Shown piece by piece: positions 48,447-60,572 of a stretch of 64,000 nucleotides of DNA. The DNA lies in NCBI GenBank assembly GCA_043228905.1, contig JBHGNT010000007.1:11284001-11348000 (forward strand), written 5' to 3'. Position numbers and translations under genes: made by a program. Source of the DNA: Azolla caroliniana (Eukaryota; Plantae; Polypodiophyta). The notes under the pieces are model-generated. The model was not told where the DNA came from and did no database searches. It saw only the letters and a program-made list of their open reading frames with translations. The stretch's first letter is position 1. The number at the start of each line of letters is the position of its first letter.

Positions 48447-51400
48447 TGTAAAAGAATACGCTTGCGGAAGCTAAAACAAACCAGCTTGGCCGGATAGCAG
48501 TAGAACACAGACACAAGTTTAATGGGATCTTGAGATTACACAGTATACAAGGAAAATACAGTGAGAGCAAAACATAAAATCTATTCAATATAATAGCACA
48601 TTGTACATAGAATGTGCTCAAAGAACACTTTTACGCAAGTCCATTTAAGGATTGATAGAAGTACTGACAGGTACTTCAATGCTCATACTAGCGACTGATA
48701 CTGACTCCCAAAATAATGGCCTACCGATTACAATCCGATCCGAATCCGATTGAGCTTGCTCACTCAACACTCCCCCTCAAGCTCAACTTGAGGTCGGATT
48801 GTGGTGTCAGTATCTGTGGTAGCTGGTTCTTCCATCCAACCCCTTTCGGTGTCCTCCCGCCTCGCTCGCGCTCCTCGTCTGGTCTGGTTCTTCCTTCCAT
48901 GACCCGTCCAGTTCTGCACTCTTCGACCTTCTTTTTCGACATGTCTGCTCAATATGCCCTTCTCAGCTTCCTCGCTATCGCGACTCCGACGCTTGTCAAC
49001 CCGTTGTTTCCTCCATATTAGTGTCGACTTCCGCCGCCTTCTCGTCCGCTTGGCCTTTAGTAGATCTGGATCATCTGAATCAAACTATTGAACTGAATCG
49101 GCTGCCTCTGATTCGTTACAGCTGTTGTTCGAGTTGGTAGTCTCCAACTCGTCTCCAGTTTCCAAGCCTTTGACGACATCAAACCATGTCCGGGACTTGG
49201 CCTTCTTCTTCCTGGCTCTGTCCTTTTTTACTCTGCCGCCGTTGCCACTTGTTCCGACTAGTTCCTCGGCTTTCTTTTTCTTCTTATCTCCCCCAATCTT
49301 GGTTCTCTCTTTCTCTTTGGCTCCTTGTCCGGTGCCATTATCTGCTCCATTTTCCCCCTCAAGTGCGGCACATCAAGACGCTGAATGTCGAGCATCTCCG
49401 AAAAGTGTTGTAACTTGGCCGATCCGAGAGGCTTGGTGAAGATGTCAACAACCTGCCGATCCGTGTGAACATATCAAAGTTTAACTTCACCGCGCAAGAC
49501 CCGCTCACGGACAATGTGATAATGCACTTCTATGTGCTTTGTCTGAGCATGGAATACACGATTCTTAGCAAGCTGTTGTCACAGACATGACAACAACTAT
49601 GTCAAGATTCAAACTCTTGACCTCTTGTATTATAGTCAAGTGTTATATTGTAACCAACACATCCAAGTACATGGTCATGTTATGTATATCTTCGTAGATT
49701 ATCTATTCATGTTCTAGGAGTTTTTAGAAAGTTCTAGAACTAGAAGGTTCTAGAGCATTCTAGAATATTCTAATGCATGTACTTCAACTCACAGTATAAA
49801 TACTTGTAACCTCCTTGGTCCATTTTAAGGGATTCAACCCCAGTCATTGACACATCAATCTAGTATTCTCATTTCGCCTCATCTTTGTCTCCTTGATTTT
49901 TATTTCTGTCTTCATTCCCTCATGTCTCTCACAACATCTAGAGTTCCTAGCCTCGTCACATCTAGCTCCAATTTAATTCGTCACTAGTAGCCCCATCATC
50001 TGTGCTCCATCCTAGTCTGCACTTGGTGTGTGCGTGACAACTATATGTTGCTTACTTTGTCGCAATAGATCAGGATTGGGGTCGGCACCTCGATCCGGCG
50101 GCTTGCACCAGTTGCTGAAGCTAGATGGCTTCATAGGTGCCAATGGTGGCACCCTGATATTCAGCCTCAGTGCTCGACAGAGCCACTATTGATTGCTTTT
50201 TGCTGCTCAACGCAATAGCTCTGTTACCAAGAGAGAACATATATCCGGAGGTGGATCGGCGATCTGATGAATCACCACCCTAGTCAACATCTATATATCC
50301 AACTAGCTTCCTAGCTATACCACATCGGTATAACAACCCCTTATCCTTAGTGCCACTAACATATCGGATTATCCAGTGTGCGCAATGAAGGTGCTCCACA
50401 GTCGGCTTCTGCATGAATTGGCTAATTAGTCCAACCCGATAACTAATGTCGGGTCGGGTGATTGTTAACTAGATAAGGCTTCCGACAATTTGTCGGAAAC
50501 GTTTCTCATTGCAGGTCGGTCTGAAGTTGGGACGTAGCTTCAGGTTCCAGTCCCAGGGTGTGGAGATTGGTTGGCAGTGAGTCATGCCGAACTTGTACAA
50601 CATATTCAACACAGAGTGTCTTTGTGAGAGCAATATGCCATCAGGAGTCTGGATCACCTCAATCCCAAGAAAATAATGAAGGTCCTCTAGGTCCTTCATT
50701 TCAAATGCGTCCAACAGGTGGGACTTCACATAGCCGATTTCTTCGAGTTCGGGTCCGGTGATCACTAGATCATCTATATATAGCAGGATACATATTGGAC
50801 CATCAAGACCTTTCCGGATGAATAGTGAAGAGTCAGATTTTGAGGCCACAAATCCATCTTACGCAACCGGTGCGTAATTTTTGCATTCCAAGCTCGGGGG
50901 GCTTGCTTCAGACGGTAAACCGACTTCTTGAATTGGCACACTGCCGACTTGTTCATCTCTGATTGGAAACCAAGGGGTTGGATCATATAGACATGTTCTT
51001 CTAGATCACCTTGAAGAAATACATTCTTCACATCCATTTGGTGAAGATGCCACCCTCTCGCCGCAACAATAGCTAGTACCACACGAACCTTCGTCATCTT
51101 CGCTACCGAAGCAAAAGTCTCGTCGTCGTCAATTCCGTGGGTCTGTGCATATCCTTTTGCCACTAACTGGGCTTTGTACCGGTTGATTGAACCATCGACA
51201 TTGTACTTTACCTTGTCTACCCACTTACATCCGATCAGTTTACATTGTCGAGGAGGGTCAACCATGTCCCAAGTGTCGTTGGCATCAAGTACCCCCATTT
51301 CTTCCTCCATAGCGGCACGCCAATTTGTGTCCTTTGCCACTTCTGCATAGCTCTCCGGCTCACGCACTTCCGCCACTTTGGTCATGTATGCATAGTGATG

Positions 51401-54082
51401 CGCCATGTACTCATTGTATCCATACCTCTATACGGGGTTCCTCTGGCAAGTTTATCGGCGTAACTTCTCGTTAGCCGGTTTGAGGACCTTCTTGGCCGGT
51501 TCGGACTTCGTTTCTGAAGGTCCGTCTTCATTCTTTCCAGAGTCATAGTCGCTCTTATCTAACTCTTCGCTGCCGATGTTGTATTCCGACATCTTTTTCT
51601 TCCCTTTGTCTTTGCGTGGGAACCGTCTCCTCAGTTCCTTGTACGGGGAAAGCACGCCCGAGTCTCCACTACTCACTGGCTTGTCGTCCGATTGGTCGTT
51701 CCGACTCAGTCGCTCATTTGGCCCACTTAGCCAGACTCTCATCTAGAGTATCGAATTCTTCTTCATCTTCTGCCCGGATCGTTTTGGGCTCACTTGCCTC
51801 ATCCTTTGGAATCGGGTCAAAGTCGGACATCGGAGCCGGTAGAGAGTACCATGATGCCGACTCATCAAATTCGACATCTCGGCTCACTCGAACTTGTTTT
51901 GTTCAGGGTTTATAACACTTAAAACCCTTTTGCTCATGTGAGTAGCCAACAAGGATGCACTTCTTCGACTTCGGATCCAGCTTTCTCCGCTTCTCATCTA
52001 GCACATGCACATAGGCTATGTTACCAAATATCATAAGGTGCCTAAAGTTCGGCTTCCGCCCGAAATACAACTAGTGTGCTAACACCTTATCCCCGATCCG
52101 GTTTTGGATGTAGACAGTCGTCCTGACCGCCTCAGCCCAGTAGAATTTGGGCATGTTGTCTCTTCAAGAATTTTCCTTGCCGCATCAACAATCGGCCACA
52201 CCGTTTTGTTCCGGTGTGTATGTGTAGCTGAATTCTCTCTGAATTCCCGTCTGTTGCAGATAATTGTTGAGTTGACCGAAAAAATATTCTTTTCCGCCAT
52301 CCGACCGCAAGCACTTGATCTTCCTCTCTGTTTCCCTTTCGACTAAGCTTTGAAGGTTCTGGAAACAGTCGAAGACTTCGTGTTTCTTCTCGATGAGGTA
52401 GATCAACGTGTGCCGGCTATAGTCGTCGATGAAAGAGACGAAATATCGGCTCCCTCCAAGACTAACGTTTTGTGTCAGTTCCCATATATCTAAATGTATT
52501 AGATCGAGCTTGTTACAGCTCCGGTTTCTTTCAGAGGGGAAAGGAAGTCGGTGTTGCTTCCCGAGTTGGTAGGCTTCACATATTTGGGCCTTTCAGCCAC
52601 TGAATTTTGGCAATCCTAAAACAACTTTGCAGGTGTTGAAGCCTCTAGTAATTAACGTGGCCAATCCGCATGTGCCACAGATCGATATCCGATTCGATCT
52701 TCTGACCTTTTGCGAACATAGCAGAGCCAACGTCATTGGTGTTGAGGATGAACATCCTCCCGTCCCGGTGCCCTTGCACAATTATCCAGCCTTTTTCTTG
52801 GATGAAGCACCCGCGTGAACCGCACCTGCATCCCCCGGTCGATGATCTGCCCGACCGACACCAGGTTCTTTGTGATTTTCGGGACGTGCAGCACATTCAT
52901 GAGCTTCCCTCTCTGTTCGACATGATTGAGGGGAACTTCACTGACATGCTCGATCGGGTGAGGAGTGTCGTCTCCGGTCTCGACAACTCCCGATTTTTCC
53001 AGGAATGATTGGAAGCTCTGAAATCAACATATCACACTTTCTCCGATCCGGAAGTGGTCTTCTTCATCGAGTTCGCCTCGTGCTTCATCACGAAGGTTGA
53101 CCCTTTACCGGTCTTCTCAGTTCTGGATCCTTCCGATCCTTCTACGTAGTGCGAGCTTTGTTGGTTTCCTTGTCCGTCCTTGCTGGATCCGGATTTATTT
53201 GAATCGACGTGCTTCTTCCAACACTTGCTCACTTGCCATAGTACCAACATTCCGTGTTGGTTTTCGATTGCCGTTCTCCGGCACTGACTTGACTACCCCT
53301 GCTCGTGGAGGGTTCGGAACTGCTACCGGCACTGTCTCTGTGACCCTGATTCTGCTCTTGTGTACAACATCCGATGTCCGTTTGAGTGGTCCTTGACCCA
53401 CTCGCGTGGTTTTCTTCAACCATCAACATTGATTGCAAGTCGAAAAAGGACGGTGGCTTCTCCCAGGTGCGAATTACCGTCCGGATTGGCCCATACCATT
53501 GTGATAGACCACCGAGGTAGATTTGGACCATCTCATCTTCATCCACTGTCACGTTGATGGACCCGAGCACGACACAAATCTCCTTTATTTTGGTGGTGTA
53601 GTCCGTCACGGACATATCCCTCTGTTGGATATTGTTGAGCTCTTGCCAGAGCTATAATTTCCGTGCCATGGTACTAGCGGAGAAAATCTGCTGGAGATTG
53701 TCCTACGCCTCCTTCAGCGTTTTTGCTTCTTTGATGTAGCCAAGAATCTGATCATGCACACAGGACGTGAGGTAGTAAAGCACTCTACTCGCTCCTTGTT
53801 CCCATGCCTGGAAGTCCTTGTGTTCCGGCTCCGGCGCTATCTCATTTGTTCCTTCCACATAGCTCCAGTAACCATGCCCCAGTAGGTACTGGTGTATTTT
53901 GTATGACCAAGACGCATAGTTGCTCTGGTCGAGCTTTTCTGTCAGTAGTGCACTCGCCATGCTTCTATCCATACCTTTCTTTTCTGGTTCTTTATCGGGT
54001 GTTAGGGTTTGTCTTTAGAAAACTCTTGTTGGTTGCAGAGGTTCTCAACCCTCATGTTCTGATACCATGTAAAAGAATACGT
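48447..54082 (-). mobile_element. Degenerate copia E (A group) inserted in the gag of G; 3' LTR 48447-48769; only a 15-bp stub of the 5' LTR (54068-54082)
   Basis: PPT at 48770; PBS TGGTATCAGA ending at 54067; gag start MDRSMASALLTEKLDQSNYASWSYK; pol remnants in order. Confidence 0.9.
49577..50039 (+). mobile_element. Solo LTR (gypsy-like) with heat-shock-element array
   Basis: TGTCAC...GTGACA; flanks GCTGT/ACTAT (two transitions); GAAagTTCtaGAA at 49727-49739, TTCtaGAAtaTTC at 49758-49770, TATA at 49795. Confidence 0.82.
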
Positions 54083-54290
54083 TGTCGTGAAGATTTTCAC
54101 CGATAGTGTGAAACTTGTAAGGAACATACGAAATCGACGGTGGTTCTTCTCACGAAATATAAAACAATAATAGTAAAGATACTATTTTAAATAAGTTTAA
54201 TATCTTGGTACAAAAAGATGGAGGTCTTGAAGAGCTTCTGAATGTACTTTACTACGTAGGAAACGGACATCCAAGTGTCAAGTTATGTGG
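54083..54290 (+). mobile_element. Truncated LTR, 4-bp-TSD family
   Basis: Starts TGTCGTGAAGATTTTC, aligns with the reverse complement of the 34290 end; right boundary uncertain. Confidence 0.7.
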
Positions 54291-54299
54291 GTCTGAAGT

Positions 54300-55266
54300 T
54301 TGCAAAGAAGAAGAGAAAAATATGTATCGTTGCCGCCACCATCACAATCATTGCCGATGCCGCCACAATCCTTACCGTCGCCAATGCAATCCACTAGAAG
54401 TGAAAGGCGAGAATATGAATGGAAGCAAGAAGAGAGCGGCACTCAAAAAGCGCGAGGGCAGATCGCAAAATTTCAAAATTTGGAGGCATCATAACCAAAT
54501 TTCAGAAGTTCAAGGGCAGATGACGGAATTTCAAAAACTTGAGGGCATGAGACCAAATTTCAAAAATGGGAGGGTAGAAGGGAAAATTTTGAAAATTCAA
54601 GGGCATAAAATAAAATTTTAGAAAAACTTGAGGGCGAAATTTTAAAGACCAAAGGGTAAAAAATATAAAACTCATTTCACGCAATGAAAGAAAGAATACA
54701 CAAATGCACAACACGATTTCACGACCCATGCCACATTGAACTAGTCGATTGGTGTCTGATCCAATCGCGACTTGTGTTGGCTGAACGAGAAGGTTCGAGT
54801 CAAGCAAAGCTCCGATCGATGTTATCGATCGTAGAGCAGTGATCCGGTCGAGGGATTTCCGACCAATGGAGTTCCGGTCAAGAAGAGTTGCCACAGCGAG
54901 TGGGTGCACCATGCAATGCACTATCTCACAAGCGTGCCATGTGTTACCTGTAAAAATATATAGGGAGGCATAAGGGTATGTGTAATGATGTGGTTGATGT
55001 GTATGTGTAAAGTAAATGAGTGTGTGGGGATGAGTATGTGTGAGCACATGCACAATTATGTGCATGTGACAAGAGTGTAACGGTCACTATTTACCGTTAC
55101 ATTGTGTATTATATAAACCCCTTACGGGGCATCTAATGAATATACATTTTTCCCCTCCCATTTTGTGAAATTTTGTATTTGTCTTTCTCTCTTGCTCTCT
55201 CTCTAACTTAACCCCTTTGGGAGGGGGGTGAAGCCATTCTAGGTTTCACCCCCTACCCCAACAACA
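54300..55266 (+). mobile_element. 3' part of a second P-family element; LTR 54942-55266
   Basis: Reverse-complement homology to 38647-39650. Confidence 0.88.
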
Positions 55267-57020
55267 TTTCTCAACAACCTTGTCAATAGCATGATCGATT
55301 CGTTGAAGAGCAGTTGCACGTTCTTGTCTTTGCATAATTCTTTCTATCATTTGCAACACCACGTTGATTTGTGGCTCCACAACGGCTTCTTGGTTTATTC
55401 GTGGCCCCGAGACTGCTTGTTGGTTCTCCATCTCTCTTAACTTCCCTGGTTCATGTCGGGTTCACCACTGTGATGTTGATCACAACATACGCTGTCGTAG
55501 TGTATTTCGTACACTACGTGAAAAAGTAAAAATAATATAACCGATTTAATTACATACAAATAAATAAAATAAAAATATCAAAATATTTATCGCGTGCATA
55601 GGGCAGGATTCGAACCCTATACCTCCACGTAGCCAAACCTCAACTTTACCATTATACTACCTTATCTTTAGTGTTCTATAAATAGATTTAATAACTATAA
55701 GTCCTTTATTTGCGCCTACCTTTATTAAAAGGTAAATCGTGCATTTTTAGAGTGCGTGAATATTTTATAGAAAAACGCAAGCAACTAAAAAGTGACTCAT
55801 GCACATCTAGCGTGCATGAGCACTATATTTAGCAAATAAAAGCAAGGATTAGAAAAGCATCACATGCACATTTAGTGTGCATGAACATATTAGAAAAAAA
55901 AGCATGTAGCTATGCTTAGTCTCTCCCATCACTACATAAGGATGGGGAGCACAATGTAATAGGTGTGTGAAATATTTGGAAATTGGATATATTTCCGAAA
56001 ACACCAACCGATTAATATAATCGTGGGATTCACGAAAATAATATAATCTATACTTGTGGGATTCACAAGTCTTTCTTTCAATCTAAATACATATTCTTAT
56101 CTAAATATTGATTAATCGAATACAATACACTCATGGGATTCACGAAAATAATATAATCTATACTTGTGGGATTCACAAGTCTTTCTTTCAATCTAAATAC
56201 ATATTCTTATCTAAATATTGATTAATCGAATACAATACACTCGTGGGATTCACGAAATTTCTATCTCTCTTTCTAATAATCTATTCATTACTAGCCTCAT
56301 CTCATATTCTTCTTTCTCCTAGTCCAAAACCTCGGTGGTTCCCACCCGACTCACGCAAACGATCCGGAGCCGAAAGGCACGACAACGCGTGCAACGGAAA
56401 AGGAAAATGTGAATCTAGGAAGTAAGCATCGGGCTTCTTGTCAAAGAAAGAGGAGAAATGAAAATAGCTTGTATTGATATATCAAGATGATTACAATAGT
56501 ATTTATTGTCTATTTGATTACAATAGTATTTGACGTCTATTGTTATTCCCCCCTTGATAAGGTTACTCGTCCCCTTTTTATACATGAGCAAGGTGGGTGC
56601 ATGAGTGCCAAGTGTCAACCATGCATGAAAAAGTGGGTGCATGAATGGCAAGTGTTACCCATGTATTAGGAAGGTGGATGCATGAGAGCCAAGTGTCACC
56701 CATGCATAAGAGGCACCTACATTAGAGGGTAATAGCTTTAATAGTTAAAATAGCTCTGATAGCTCAAATAGCTTTAATAGCTCTAATAGTTGTAATAGCT
56801 CTAATAGCTTTAATAGCTCTAATAACGGATAGTGATAATAACAACTGTGTCAATATTATATTTTAATCGTGGATTCAACTAGCTATTATCATCCTATGGC
56901 GTGTGTTCTAATCAAGTTATTAGCTATCGCTTAGCCAAACAACCATTTACAAATATTTGAATCAGTTCATATAATTTGGTAGAGGTTATTTTCTCAGCGT
57001 GGCACGAAAATGTCACGACA
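55267..57020 (-). mobile_element. Gypsy-like remnant with tRNA-Trp-type PBS: LTR 55469-57020 (interrupted), PBS 55451-55467, ORF start MENQQ at 55431
   Basis: TGGTGAACCCGACATGA follows the LTR end; TATA at ~56575-56582 on minus; purine tract AGAGGGAGAGGA at the other end. Confidence 0.72.
55493..56384 (+). mobile_element. Solo LTR, 4-bp-TSD group, with internal 110-bp tandem duplication (56021-56257)
   Basis: TGTCGT...ACGACA; perfect TSD ACGC at 55489-55492 and 56385-56388; absent from the sister LTR at ~57740. Confidence 0.88.
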
Positions 57021-57167
57021 TCCTCTCCCTCTAGACCTGCGCATCCTCCGGCATGGGTCAAATTTTGAAAAGGGAATATCAAAGCGCTAACTTCCTCAAC
57101 GAAGATGACATCCATGAAGCTAAAGAAGGAGATGTTTGTTGGCACATGTCGGAGGATGCACAGGTCT

Positions 57168-57759
57168 AGAGGGGGAGGATGTTGTGATGTTTTCGTGCCA
57201 CGATGAGAAAATAACCTCTACCAAATTATTAACACACTTGTTATTATCACTATCCGTTATTAGAGCTATTAAAGCTATTATAACTCTTAAATCTATCATA
57301 GTTATTTTAGCTATTAAAGCTATTACCCACTTATTAAGCTAAATACTTATTCAAAGTACATTTTTATTAACTATTTTAGCTATTAAAGTTGTTACCCACT
57401 AATGTAGGTGCCTGTTATGTATGGGTGACACTTGGCTCTCATGCATCCACCTTCCTAATACATGGGTAAACACTTGCCATTCATGCACCCACTTTTTCAT
57501 GCATGGGTGACACTTGGCACTCATGCACCCACCTTCCTCGTGTATAAAAAGGGGAAGAGTAACCTTATCAAGGGGGGGTAACAATAGATGTCAAATACTA
57601 TTGTAATCAAATAGGCAAGAAATATTATTGTAATCATCTTGATATATCAATACAAGTTATTTTCATCTCTCCTCTTTCTTTGATAAGAAGCCCGGTGCTT
57701 ACTTCCTAGATTCGCATTTTCCTTTTCTGTTGGACGCGTACACCGTGATCAACACCACA
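57168..57759 (+). mobile_element. PPT plus 3' LTR (57180-57759) of the same family as 55469-57020
   Basis: AGAGGGGGAGGA then TGTTGTGATG; TATA at ~57543; inverted homology to the left LTR. Confidence 0.8.
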
Positions 57760-57959
57760 GCGCGTGCCAGTACCAAGTATGACTCGATGCCATGGCATGG
57801 TATCGGACGCCGGATCAAGGGTTGGGTTTGTGACAAACCCTTCACTCAAGGGTGGTTGGGTGGATCAACACCAATTTTTCTCTCTCTTTCTCTTTATTAT
57901 TTATCATCTATTTCCTTCTCTTATGCTTACATTAAAAATAATCGCTAACACCGCTTCAA

Positions 57960-59490
57960 GATGATGGTAGATTTATGACATGGATGTCAAATCATCATTT
58001 CTAAATGGTTATCTAAAGGAGGTATATGTAACACAATCACAAGGTTACAAATGCCGAATTTAGAAAATAAAGTGTACAAGTTGACGATGACATTTTAAGG
58101 CCTAAAACAAGCATCGAGAGCTTGGAACGGGAGGATAGACAATCTTTTACAATTGAGTGACTTCAAGCAATGTATGTATATATGTTAGAATGAAGGACAA
58201 GGAACAAATAGTATCATCATATATGTGGATGATCTAGTTTAAAGGTGACTATGAAGAGAGCATTAGCCACACACAAGAGGTTTGAACATTGAGGTCAAAA
58301 TGATAGAATTAGGGATTTTATACACTTGGTATCAAGGTTTGGCAAACCTAGATTGGCTTCTTCATGCCAAAACTAAAGTATGCAATAGAGGTCTTGAATA
58401 ACTTTGGAATGATCAACTATAAGTCGAAGTCGACTTCGATGGAGTTGAATTGCTATTCCAAAGAGACCCTTCATCGATTGTTGACATAATTAAATACAAC
58501 CAGATTGCCAGATATTTTCTTTGTAGTCTATATGGTAAGTCAATTCAACAAAAAGCCAAAGGAGAGCCATTGAAAAGTTGTGTTGCACGTATTAAAGTGC
58601 GTACTTCCTTGGAATCAAGGTTTTATAGAGATTTTGAAGACCCTTGGGATGATCAACTACAAGTTGAAGTCGACTTTGATGGAGTTGAATTGCAAGCTAT
58701 CCTAAGAGACCCTTCATCGATGGTTGACAAGTCGCGTGTAAGAAGTCTAATTTTTTTGTGCAACATTAGGCCAAATATTTGCTTTATAGTCATTGATAAT
58801 TTGATTTGACAAATAACCAAAGGAAACTCATTGAAAAGTTTTGTTGCATGCGTTAAAAGTACGTACTTCCTTGGGATCGAGGTTTGGCAAACCTCAATTG
58901 GCATCGCCACGTCAAAAAGAAAGTATGCAATAGAGATATTGAAGATCTTTGGGATGACCCACTACAAGCCGAAGTCAACTTCAATGGAGTTGAACTACAC
59001 TCTATCTCAAGGAGATGTCATTGTATATAAGGAAGTACAAGAAACTTGTACGAAGTCTAATCTTCTTGCGCAACACTAGGCCAAATATTTGATATAAGGA
59101 AGTTTGATATAAGAAACTACACTCGATGTTTGATATATAAGCAAGCACAAGAAACTTGTATGAAGTCTAATCTTCTTGTGCAGCATTAGGCCAAATATTT
59201 GATTTGTAATCGGTATAGTAAGTTGATTCAACAAAAAGTTTAAGGAGATTGAAAAGCTGCGTTGTGTATTAAAGTACATAACAATAGGCACTTAAATTAT
59301 GGAATCTTCTCAAGCCAACAGTTCCAAAACTTAAAGACTTTTGCAACTCAAGTTGGACCGAAGATAGTTGTTTCAAGAAATTGGTTTCTAAATATATTTT
59401 TTCAATAGGTTTTAGAGCTCTTTTGTGGAACAATAAAAAGCAATAGATTGTGGCACTATCATTGCCAGAGGCAAAATACAAAGCCACAAG
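57960..59490 (+). pseudogene. Old copia RT/RNaseH remnant with internal segmental duplications
   Basis: MDVKSSFLNG, GLKQASRAW, YVDDL, YFLGIEVWQT and VALSL.EAKY remnants. Confidence 0.8.
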
Positions 59491-60572
59491 CAAGGCAGTA
59501 CTATGGCTCAAATTTCATGCACGTATTTGACTACATACATTGTTGCCTACCCTACCACATAATTATCTATTGGTTCTTTTCCTTGCACCAATATGCAATA
59601 TGCATTACTCATACAATCCCCTCACTTGTGTGAGATTTCAGGATTATGAGACTATTTTGGAGGATTCCCATGACACATATGCAACACTTTATCTGATGAT
59701 TTATTAAATGAAGCAAGATTAAATAGCTTGATTTGTAGACATAGAATTGCAATCCCCTTAATCCCTAGTTTGGTTTCAATATCACTTGTGTATTCTTATT
59801 CCTTTATTTTTCCTCAGATAGGAAATCATTTGTTTGCCAGCACTACTACCAAAACTCCATATTAAGTACAGATTACATAAATGTATGAATACAGGTCCTA
59901 AGTCTTCATTGTCTCATAAGTATTCTTGAACTTAGACAAATAATAGCTAATTCTTGAACTTTTCAAAAGCTTGCTAAATTGCTAGAGAAGTAGAAACCCA
60001 TTCTTTTTTTTTACAATTTTAGGCAAATTGTAAACTTCTGCAGAAGTTGAAACCCATTCTTTTTATTTACAATATTAGCCAAATTGTTCTAAAATGTCGG
60101 TTGAGACAAACAGGCACAACTTCTCAAATAACTTTGACACCAACCATTTGGATTTTTCCAAAATCCTATATGCTCTTCATATCATCATCATGAACACATT
60201 CTCCCCAATTAAACATTGTACATGCCTTCACAAAAACATGTACTAACAAGAGCATCAAGAAGCTTAAAACCAAGTCCTCTTGAGTAAATTAGTGGCCATG
60301 GTAAATTAGTGGCATATTACAATCCACATAATAACATTCATTTATGTCTCTCTTTGCACTAGTTCAACATTTAGGATTTTATCACCTTCCATGTTCAATT
60401 ACATATTTGGACAAATTTGGTCATCACTTGTGTGTGAAAAATGGAGTACTATACAAAGCACTAGGCATATAATAATGGGCTAGGTGTGTATCCTAAAGGC
60501 CAAAGTCCTATTGTACATATTCACTACATATAAACTTTTGGGTTTTGCTAAAGAGAACTGTCTTACTCAAAG

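Noticed and set aside
55594-55661. Functional tRNA genes at the tRNA-like modules
   Set aside because: Acceptor and anticodon stems do not pair properly, so they are reported only as tRNA-like modules
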